A stretch of DNA of 64,000 nt from Histomonas meleagridis 2922-C6/04-290x (lineage: Eukaryota; Protista; Parabasalia): the NCBI GenBank assembly GCA_020184695.1, contig JAANOX010000277.1, positions 65,879-129,878 on the forward strand, in the 5' to 3' direction. The notes under the pieces are model-generated. The model was not told where the DNA came from. It did not search any database and worked only from the letters and a program-made list of their open reading frames with translations. Shown in pieces: positions 19,467 to 30,184 of this stretch; positions within the stretch are counted from its first letter, which is position 1, and every line of letters begins with the position of its first letter. The translations under genes were made by a program, and so were the position numbers.

Positions 19467-20266
19467 TAAAGGTTTAAAAAATGATGTGAACTATTTTCCG
19501 GCAAAATTAAAACTTCTGACACAAATACTGTGAAAATAGAGTACGCACAGTGTTGTTTTGTCAATTGAAACTTATAGAAAAAAATGAATTTCCTGTCACT
19601 GATGGTTTATAAAATGCCAAGTCTTTTGACAAAAAATTGATAGAAGTCTCAATTGAAATTTTTCAAAGACTTTTGAAATAAGTCGTCGAATAATCAAACA
19701 TTAAAACATTCAAGCTTAGATATTCACAAAATTAAAATTTTCATGAAAGGAATAACAATAAATTTTGATAATTAAACGCATTTTAATGCTTATCACCAAT
19801 CGAATACCCATTGAATATTCATCACTCATCACATAACATTTCAGTCCTATCGTTCATTATAAAGTTTGTGGTTGGGCAAAATTTTGTGCCCGGGCATGTA
19901 AAATTTGTGCCCTTTCCCATGTCTAGATACAGATACAAAATCACAGGCGTGAAAGGATAAAGCGCCGTGATTAGGCGTTTTTGGTGAGCAACATAGCTTT
20001 AGTGTTTGCTTGGATAGTACCGAGATTCATTAAAAAATCACTCCAATTCTGTATTAAACATTTTCAAAATCATTGGAATTGGAGTGATTTTAGAATTATG
20101 CTCAACCATGTTGAGGAGAACACCCAAGCCATGTTTTTTGCGAACATTTGGTCTTCGAGTTGATTTTAATATTGTAAACAATATATGCTTTATTTCCATT
20201 TCTTATTGAAAATGAAGATTTGATGTTTGTAGAAGAGGAATCTGATTTAAAATTTTCGTTTGAACT

Positions 20267-22576
20267 TTATTCACGAAGTACATTTACTATTTCTGTGTAA
20301 CCTTTTTGGTGTGCAATTTGAGTTGCAGTAAAATATTGTTAAAACATATTCTAAATTATTAAAACACATATAAAATTATTAAAACATATATAAAATCATT
20401 AAAATGAATATTTTTTGCATTAACATCAATTCCTTCTTTGTCTAAAAGCAATTTTACTATTTCTATATTATTATTTCTAACTGCGATATGAAGTGCTGTT
20501 TCAAATTATTAAAACATATTTCAAATTATTAAAACATATTAAAAATTATTAAAACATATTTCAAATTATTCAAATGAATATTTCAAATTATTAAAACATA
20601 TATAAAATCATTAAAATGAATATTTTTTGCATTAACATCAATTCCTTCTTTGTCTAAAAGCAATTTTACTATTTCTATATTATTATTTCTAACTGCGATA
20701 TGAAGTGCTGTTTCAAATTATTAAAACATATTTCAAATTATTAAAACATATTTTAAATTATTAAAACATATTTTAAATTATTCAAATGAATATTTTTTGC
20801 ATTAACATCAATTCCTTTATCTAAAAGTAATTTTACAATTTCTATATTATTATTTCTAACTGCTACATGAAGTGCTGTTTCAAATTATTAAAACATATTC
20901 CAAATTATTTAAACATATTCCAAATTATTAAAATAAATCCAAAATTATTAAAACAAATCCAAAATTATTAAAACATATTATAAATTATGAAAACATATTG
21001 CAAATTATTAAAACATATTCTAAATTATTAAAACATATTATAAATTATTAAAACATATATAAAATTATTAAAATGAATAGTTTTTGCATTAACATCAATT
21101 CCTTCTTTATCTAAAAGTAATATTACTGTTTCTCTATTATTATTTCTAACTGCTATATGAAGAGCTGTTTCAAATTATTAAAACATATTCCAAATTATTA
21201 AAACATATCCAAAATTATTAAAACATATTTTAAATTATTCAAATGAATATTTTTTGCATTAACATCAATTCCTTCTTGTTTAAGAAGTATTTTAACAATT
21301 TCTGTATGACCTTTTTCAGATGCTAAAACAAGTGCTTTATCAAAATTTATAATAAAAATTTAAATCGTATTTTAAAATATCAAATAGTTTTAATAAAATT
21401 TCAATAAAATTTTCAAACACTTCTCTTTAAATTAATATATTTATGATTAATAAGGTAGTCAAAAAATTCTTCCTTGATAGAAATCTCTGAAATCTCTAAA
21501 AAATTTAATGAAATTTTATTATTTTCGAGGAAATATAAAAAAATTAAAATATTTCCTGTTCTAATAGAATTGATGATATGATTCTTATTGATATTCATTC
21601 CTTCTTCTTTTAAAAATGAAAGAAGATCAAAATTATCATGTAAAATACATTTTTTTCCTAATTCTTCTAAATTATTATCAGGATTAATTTTATTTTCATA
21701 AATATATTTAAAGATATCATTTCGGTGAAACATAATTGCTGTTTCATATGTTTTATAAAATGATGAATGATTTTGTTCACATAAATGAATGATTTCTTCA
21801 TTTCCACCTGCAATTGCATATTTGCCTGTTTTTATTACATTTGCTCCATTCATAAGCAAATATTTAAAACATTTAACTGAAGAAAAAAATGCTGCATAAT
21901 CAATTAATGTAACATTTTTCTGATTAACAAATGAACATCTTTCATAAAGTGATGGCTCAATTATTTGATTAAAATCAAAATCACTTTGTGATGATATTTC
22001 TTGAAATTTTTCGATTTCATCATTACGAATTATTGTTGCAATATCATTTGGATTATGTCCTTCTTTAACATATTTCTTATGAAGTTCAAAATTTTCAGAA
22101 AGATCTTTGAAATTATATTCATTTTTGAATTTAAACCTTTGAGATTGCAATTTTATGAATTCTTCTTCTGAAACATAATGTATATAAAAAGGATTATTTT
22201 TATTTTGAATAATTTTTGGTTCTATTAATTTACTTTCAATCATATTTTCAAGAAGATAATTTGAATCTTCATTATTAATTGTTAATAAAAACTGAGTAAC
22301 AACATTAATTAAGGTATTATTCGATTTTATTTCTGCTTTCTGTAAATACTTGATGCATAATTTTTCAAATCCTTTGGAAACAAAATATGAATAAATAATT
22401 CTGCTAATAATGTGAAGGAATGAAATTGGAAATTCTTGAGAAAAGTATTGAAAAGAAGATTCGACTGATTGATCAATATTTTCCTCATTTAAATCGAAAA
22501 TAATTCTCTCAACAGCTTGCAAAATTTGAAGGTTTTCGTTATATTTGAGAATCGATTGACTTTGATTTCCCCCCAC
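20267..22576 (-). CDS. DUF3447-type ankyrin repeat gene (copy 3), apparently intact, with six spacers and a possible N-myristoylation motif
   Basis: MGGNQS start and 386 open codons, then stop-free cassettes of 30, 30, 29, 30, 30 and 20 codons, and TAA at 20267-20269. Spacers: 21339-21418 (80), 21169-21248 (80), 20879-21078 (200), 20712-20791 (80), 20500-20621 (122), 20330-20409 (80). Confidence 0.75.
20330..21248 (-). repeat. Ankyrin spacers built from a ~20-nt minisatellite (ATATGTTTTAATAATTTGGA-like)
   Basis: The 80-nt spacers are 4 units and the 200-nt spacer is 10 units, read directly from the sequence. Confidence 0.9.
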
Positions 22577-22703
22577 TTGAAATAAATTAAATAAATTTTC
22601 AGGTTTGGAATAAATTGAATATATTTATTTAGTTTTTGTTTGTTTTTTGATCGACAAAGAGTAATTTTTTGTGATAAATTGAATACCAAACAATCGTTCC
22701 GAA

Positions 22704-23162
22704 GTGATCAATTATACAGTAGTTGAATATAAAGAAAAAAGATATTCTATACAAATGGAAAACATTCATTGGAGTGATAAATATAATAGTTATTGGCTTC
22801 CATCTTTTCAAGTAGCAGATGTTTTTGTATTTTGTTTTTCAATTGTTTCACTTCGATCATTAGAATACATCCAAAACTTTTACGCAGATAAACTTAAAAA
22901 TCGCTTTATCAGCAAACCTTGCATTATAGTTGGTGAGAATTAATTAAACGAATATCTACTACAATCAACACATAATGAAAATGATAAAAAACGATCATTA
23001 ATTCCAAAACATAAAATAGAAGAGGTGAAAAATTTAATAGGAGCACGTTCTTATATAGAATGCTCAGTACTAAATAATGAACATGTAGAAGATATCTTTA
23101 TAGCAGGAATCGAAGCTATTTTATCAGATGAAAGTGCTCCACCTCAAAGTGAAGAGTTCTAA
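22704..23162 (+). pseudogene. Rho/Rac-like small GTPase pseudogene
   Basis: ADVFVFCFSIVSLRSL..., PCIIVGEN-TAA-L (NKxD broken by the stop at 22941-22943), then IGARSYIECS in the same frame. No P-loop and no CAAX box seen. Confidence 0.75.
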
Positions 23163-24113
23163 ACCCAAATGTAAAACCCATTCAAAACAACACATAAAGC
23201 AAACAATAGGATTTTCAATGAGCAAAATATCGTTTTTGCCTGAAAGTATTATCGTTGTATTCAAATCAATTTCATATGAAATTGCGGTTAAAAGTGGCTT
23301 ATAAAGAAAAGTTCAAGAAAACTCAAATCATCAAAAAAAAAAATAAACGACGAATATTTAAAATAACTTTCAAACACCATTTTGAAATATTAAAATATTT
23401 AATGTACTAAATAATTTAAATAGTAAACAAATAACATTTTGAAATAAAAATTATTAAAATGAATTTTGACATTAAGAGAAATTCCAACGAAAGAACTCTC
23501 AATGTACGATTTATTACTCTAATATTATTCTAATACATTAAAACCTGTTTCAAATATAAATAACCTTTCGTACTGATATTTAAGTATTTGTTCACGAAAA
23601 ATAAATTGTGGATCCAATATCGATAACATTGATAAGCAATTAAGGTGCATTTCAGCTTTTTAAGTGAACGCTTTTATATGAACACTTAAATGCTGACCAA
23701 AATGATCAGTTAATGCTGATCCAAATATAATTATTAAATTTTTCAAATAAATATTAAATTAAATAAAAAACATATAATATATTTTTCTTTTTACAAAAAA
23801 ATTGATGAATAATTAAATCGTTTGAGCTGAAATCAAATATGGATAAGCTGATATGATACATTAAATAACATATTTATGATTTTGACAATTGAGTAAGAAA
23901 TACTATTTTTGATTAAATTCTTTTTTTTAAGAAATTCAAAATTCTGCATTAACCTGGGTATATAAAATGCAAATTTGTTGTTTCGGATCATCATTACTGA
24001 AACCATTTCCATCGTGAAAATATAAAAATTTCAATCTTACTGTAGTCATCATGATGACGGTTTGAGACGGTTATCACAAACTTTTTAATACACATTTGTG
24101 ACCAGATCAAAAA

Positions 24114-26927
24114 ATGTTTGTACAACGTTCGTTAACAAATGAGCAACCCATTAAACCAGAAATTGAATACTTGCAATCAATTGCAAAAGCTGTTCGTGAT
24201 CTGAATGCTGAAAATATAGAATCAATCACTCAAATAATCATGAAATTATTTGATAAAACTTATCCGATTTCTTTCAACATTGTTATTTATCGATTAATAT
24301 ACACATTTTTCCATTCTAAAAGATGTGATGTTCTGATATATTTTAAATTTTTAGAATCCATTGAAAAAAATGAAGAACAAATTCTTCAATGGATCCGATG
24401 CTACCGATCGGTACAAATATTTAAAATGTTCTTTCGTTTTCTTCATTCTGATATCACTCCAGAATCAAATTATATTATATCAAAATTATTTGAGCATAAA
24501 TTAGTTGATCCTAATTTAATGAAAATTAAAAATAATATATTTTTCTTAAATTATATGACCACAGATGAATTTCAAAGTTATAAATCACGAAATGTTTTAC
24601 ACTCAGATAATGATTTATTCTCAAATATTGATGAACTACGAAAAGATAATTGGAAACTTCATCTAAAATACATAGAAGAAGGGAATTCTTCAGAAATAGC
24701 AAAAGCGATTCGAAGTGATGATATTGAAACACTTCAAAAAATATCATCACAACAAGACTTCAAAATTAATTCACTTATCAATGATTCTTTATATGAGAGA
24801 TATAATATTTTTTATGATGATTTAGTATATGTACAACGTGGTGTAACGTTAATTGAGTATGCTGCGTTTTTTGGTTCAATTCAATGCTTTAAATTTTTGT
24901 TATTAAATGGAGCAAATATAAGTAATGAAGATAATAAACCTTCACTGTCAATAATTAACAATTATACATCAAAATATGTAATGAAATATGCAATTGCAGG
25001 AGGAAATCTTGAAATAATTCAGCTTTGCGAGCAAAATCATTCATCATATAAGGGATGTAGTGAAATAGCAATTGAATATCAAAGAAATGATATTTTTTAT
25101 TATCTTTATGATAATGGTCATATTGAATTAAAGGACGAACATCATATTGGACCTATAAAACCCAAAGCTCCTCAAACAAGAGAAGATATATTGGAAAAAT
25201 TGATTGTTAAATGTATTCAATCAAATAACTTTGAAATTCTTTCATTTTTAGAAAAAGAAGTACCATATGGTTCATATAATTGGTATTTAATAAGCCATCA
25301 CATAATCCAAACAGGAAATTTATATCTTGTTAAATGCCTTATTCATGAAAATAAATTTTTAACAAATCCAGTGGTTGCAGCTTATTCTGGAAATGTTGAA
25401 CTTGTTGAATTTATCCTTAATCAAAAAGGAGTTAATATTAATGCAGAAGAAGTTTGTTTTATTAGTTTTTAATTTTATTATGATATTTAGTTGAAATTTT
25501 GCAAATTATTTGGAACAGCTCTTATGCAAGCATTTATGGTTATATTGAGATTGTTAAATTACTTCTTAAGCAAGAAGGAATTGATATTAATAGAGAAAGT
25601 GAGTATATAAAATTTTTCATACTTATTAAATTAATTTGGAAATAATTTTTATTGTTTAAAACAGCACTTATATGTGCATCTGAAAATGGCCAAATAGAAA
25701 TAGTTAAATTACTTCTGGAACAAAAAGGAATTGATGTTAATGCTAAAACTATTTATTTGTTTTGTTTAATGTTTATTTTAATAATTTAATATTTCAATAT
25801 AATATTTGGAAATTATTTGAAATATTTTGGTCACCACTTAGGTGTGCATCTGAAAATGGCCAAACAGAAATAGTTAAATTCCTTCTTGAACAAGAAGGAA
25901 TTGATATTAATGTTAAAGATATTTATTTATTTTATTTAATGTTTATTTTAATAATTTGATATTTCTAAGTAATGTTTGTAAAATGTTTAAATAATTTAAA
26001 ACAGCACTTATTTGGGCATCTGAAAAAGGTCATACAGAAATAGTTAAATTACTTCTGGAACAAAAAGGAATTGATATTAATGTCAAAGATAAAATAAATT
26101 TTAATAATTTTTTGTTTCAAAATAATATTTGGAAATTATTTAAATTATTTGAAACAGCACTTATGTTTGCATCTGAAAAAGGTCATACAGAAATAGTTAA
26201 GTTACTTCTTGAACAAGAAGGAATTGATATGAATGCTAAAGATATTTATTTGTTTTATTTTTTATTTATTTTAATAATTTTATATTTCAAAATAATATTT
26301 GGAAATTATTTAAATTATTTCAAACAGCACTTATATGTGCAAGTGGTCATATAAAAATATTTAAATTACTTCTTGAACAAAAAGGAATTGATGTTAATGC
26401 TAGAAATATTTATTTGTTTTGTTTCGAATTTGTTTTCATAATATGATGTTTAAAAATAATATTTGGAAAATGTTGAAATTATTTAATACAGCGCTTATTT
26501 TAGCTCTTCAACGAAATCAAATTGAAATTGCTAAATTACTTCTTGAACAAGAAGGAATTGATATTAATACTGAAAATTTTTATTTGCTCGATACAAAAAA
26601 ATTTTTAATATTTTTTTATTTCAAACTAATATTTGGAAATATTTTAAATTATTTGATACAGCACTTACGTGGACAAATAGAACGTCAGAAATTGCTAAAT
26701 TACTTTGCGATAAAGGTGCTATCGAAAAGCCTCGATCTAAACCTTCAGTAAATCTAGGATGTTCCAAATTTAACAAAAGCACAAGCGAAGATATAGGATC
26801 TGGACCTACATTAGGAAATTTCACATTTGATAAAAATTCTAACCGAGGTTTAGGATCTGGACCTACATCAGGAAACTTCACATTTAACAATAACCAAGAT
26901 GAGAGCTTAGGATTTAGCGGATTTTAA
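24114..26927 (+). CDS. DUF3447-type ankyrin repeat gene (copy 4) with eight spacers; first cassette frameshifted, so possibly a pseudogene
   Basis: Spacers: 25452-25514 (63), 25601-25660 (60), 25751-25830 (80), 25921-26000 (80), 26091-26153 (63), 26244-26323 (80), 26408-26487 (80), 26578-26657 (80). Cassettes are 86, 90, 90, 90, 90, 84 and 90 nt, and the last exon 26658-26927 has 89 open codons. Confidence 0.65.
26796..26886 (+). repeat. Two-copy 60-nt-period coding repeat (GSGPTxGNFTF)
   Basis: ggatctggacctaca...ggaaa(t/c)ttcacattt occurs twice, 60 nt apart. Confidence 0.85.
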
Positions 26928-27086
26928 TTTCAAAAACATACACAGCATACATTTTTTTTTTTTTGATAATATAATAAAAATTCTAATATTTTTTTATGCA
27001 CCAAAATGCGCTTTACGTCGTTTGCGGAGCAATGCGAAGCAAGCAAAATGAAATATTAAAAGAGAAATTGTTTGCAGCACCGTGTG

Positions 27087-29790
27087 CTTGACAGAAACAA
27101 CCACCCTCTATCAAAATTGAAATAAAACATATAATTTGAATATTATCAAAAACCTCAAAACTATGACTGATATTTTCGATTATTTTTTTAGAAATGGAAA
27201 TTAACCCAATATCTAGCATCAAGGCATCAAATATTAACACTGAAATCAAAATGCGTGGTGTTATTGTTAGGATTAGCAACGTAACGAAGAATAAATTCAG
27301 ATTACAAGAATATGATTCCAATTCAAATGATTTTCCGAAATGCATCCTCTGTTCGTATGACAAACTAGTTGATATAGAAATTAACATAGAAGACTATGTT
27401 GAAGTTGATGGAATTGTTAAATTCAATCAACAATTAAAGGAAATTTATGTTGAGGTAAAGAGTGTGAAAATTATTATTAAAAAAGAAGCAGATATTCACC
27501 TTATTTCAAAAATAAATTCGTTTTCTAACCCAAATAATTTACAAATTTTAATTGATGATACAATGTCGGGTATTGTTGAAATATTATCTAAAAAAGCTTG
27601 TGAAGAAGGTTTTAAGTTAGTTCGAAAAAGATCAATTAAAGAAGAACGATTAACATTATTTTGCAATCAGCATACAAATTATGGAAAAAATGATAATTTA
27701 AATAGTGGATGCGAGTTTAAAATAAGAATCGGCTCATATATTATCGATAATAAAAGAAAATACCATGTTACAAGTTTCAATTTACATCACAATCATTATC
27801 TTAATCCATTTATATATATGTTCATTTAGCATTATATGATAAAATCCAAATCAATATGCAATATGCTAGATATTGGGATTAAACCAAATAAAGTTATACA
27901 ATTTATATCTATTCAATATGGGGTTACATTGTCTCGAGAACAAATTAATAGTATTTATTCTAAGAATAAAAAATTAAAATGTCATAATAAATATTTAGAA
28001 ACTCAGGAATTAATTGATTATTTGGATTCAATTGAAGGACAAACATTTGTTCTTCAGAATGTAGTTGATGAAAATATTATTCATAGAGAAGCAGTTGCAA
28101 CTTTCACTAAATATGAACTTCAAAACTTAAATTTATATTCTAATTTTCTTGCAATTGATCCAACATTTGCCAGTTTGACAACAAATTGGTCTATTATTTA
28201 TCTAACAGTCATTGGACCTGAGAGAGAAATTAGAAGTGCAGGTATAATTTTCACATATTCGTTAAAGGCCTAAATTTTTTATTAGATATTAAAATTAATA
28301 TGCACTGAACTTCCAAGTGCAGGAATTTTACAAACAATTTGTTCTGATGATGATGTTGGTTCTGATGGAGCATTTACTTTAATACAAAATAGAGATGATA
28401 ATGAGTTAAAAAAAAAGATCAATAAAATACAACGTGTTATTTGTTTTTGGCATAAAATGTCCAACTTTATTCAATATATAAACTTACAAAATCTCCCTGA
28501 TGACCAAAAGTCTCATTTAATAAATAAATTTCGATATATGTAAATGGCAAAAGACAAATCCATTGCACTATCAATTTTTGAAGAATTAAAATCAATTTCT
28601 CAAATTTCTAAATATTCAGAAGATAATGTATCAAAAAAGTTGAATTCAATATGCAAAAATCTCATTAATAGTTTTACTTGCGGCTATAATACTAGTTCAA
28701 TTGCAGAGTCATCAAATCGTCAACTAAAAAACATATTACCAGATAGAAAATTAAGTTTATAAGAAGTTCGTTTATTCATCTGAAAGTCATCAACAATCAT
28801 ATAATTAAAGGAAGTATATTAAATAAGTAAAACCACATAAATTAAAAGAACCAAATGTAATTACATATATGGCAAAAATAAATGTTTCTGAAGCAATTGC
28901 AGAAGCGATCGCAGGATAATGGAAAAAGGCCAAAACATTAAAAGGAATGCTTCTTTGTGATGATTATAATATATTTAATGAAGAATACACATTAAAAAAT
29001 GGAGAAAAATATTCTGAGATATTTAAGGTCCATGATTTAATATGTAATTGCAATAAACAATTACAAGTTGGTATCCCATGTTCACATATAATTAATGTTC
29101 TAGAAATGAATAATTTAAGCGTAATAGATGATATCAAAATAGCGAACAGATGGGTACTAAATCAGCAAAACTTTATTTATCATCATGAAAATTCAAAATC
29201 TTTTGAAGAAATTACTTATAGAATCACACACTTAAGTCCTAGAGAAAGATTTGTTATACTTTGGGCAAAGGGAACACCATTATATGAATTGGCAAGTAGA
29301 AGTCAGGATAAATTCAAAAAGGCTATGGCTTTTTTAGATTCTTCAGAAAAAGAACTAAATAATGAATCAATAGAACAGATTGCTACTGATGAAATAGGAA
29401 TTAGAGCCGGAATAGGTAGAATTTATAGAAATACGAAAAAAGTTAATCCGCGTCAATGTCTCATCTGTTCAAAGCCGCATAATACAAAAAGATGCCCCAG
29501 AAGAGGTGAAGTACTTAAATTTGTTCAAGAAGGTGACTCAATCTTTGGATTAAAGCATTGTTCAATATGTAATCAAACTGGGCATAATTATATAAAATGC
29601 AAAGCTAAAGAAGCATGGTTAGAAGCTATTCGAAAGGGTGAACTCCCTCCAATTGAAAAAATTTGTTTTGCTTAATTTTATTTGTATTGTTTTTATTTTA
29701 TATGATAATTTTGTTATTTTGTTAGCTTTACATAAATACGTTTATATCAGTACTGATACTTTTTCAAAGAGGGTGCTATTTGTTTATGAG
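27087..29790 (+). mobile_element. Mutator-like (MULE) DNA transposon, decayed
   Basis: 9-bp direct repeat CACCGTGTG at 27078-27086 and 29791-29799. Imperfect 30-bp TIRs (19/30 identical, core CACCCTCT...AAAA). Internal transposase remnants. Confidence 0.88.
27194..29675 (+). pseudogene. MULE transposase pseudogene: OB-fold-like, FAR1/WRKY-GCM1-like, DDE, SWIM and two zinc knuckles
   Basis: FC..H...GCEFKI...HHNH; AIDPTF; ICSDDD; ICFWH; CNC...GIPCSH; CLICSKPHNTKRC; CSICNQTGHNYIKC. In-frame stops at 27827, 28271, 28541 and 28760 among others, plus at least one frameshift. Confidence 0.85.
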
Positions 29791-30184
29791 CACCGTGTGC
29801 TCTGGAAATGTACCCATATTAAAATAAACTCACAGATAATATAAAATTATAAAAAAGTTAACAGTAGTAACCAAAAATATTGGGAAATCTGTTTATTTGT
29901 TAATTTTAGAGAAAAATTTGTTTTTATAGAATGTGGTAAATTTTATTTATAATGTTGGTTTTTACAACGACGTTTTTCGATTTTAATCAGAATTCATGCA
30001 AAAATGCTCCTGACTTTTGAAATTGAGTTTTTGTAATGGAATCGGCATCATTTATATGAAATATTTTATGTTGCTTCTCCATCCCAAAGCAACATTTTGT
30101 ATGATTTTGATCATGCGCAAGTTAATTATTAAGAACGAAATAATTATAAAAGACGACATATTCCAAAGTTTTTATTAATAAAAA

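Noticed and set aside
25999-26004. ACAG in ACA-GCA as a canonical 3' splice site
   Set aside because: It is absent in TCA-CCA, ACA-CCC, ACA-TCA, AAA-GCA and ACT-GCA units. It would delete the conserved Thr, and with the +9 GT it gives the wrong frame.
25762-26751. Short ORFs ending in hydrophobic IYLFYLMFILII tails as membrane micro-proteins
   Set aside because: They are single ankyrin cassettes read into low-complexity T-rich spacers from alternative starts.
27013-27387. 124-aa minus-strand ORF across the MULE left end
   Set aside because: Antisense to the transposase and spans the insertion junction.
27827-28762. Stop-codon reassignment (TAA/TAG as sense)
   Set aside because: Conserved genes end in TAA and use CAA for Gln. 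In-frame stops elsewhere replace different residues (K in the GTPase, L in RPS6), as expected for point mutations.
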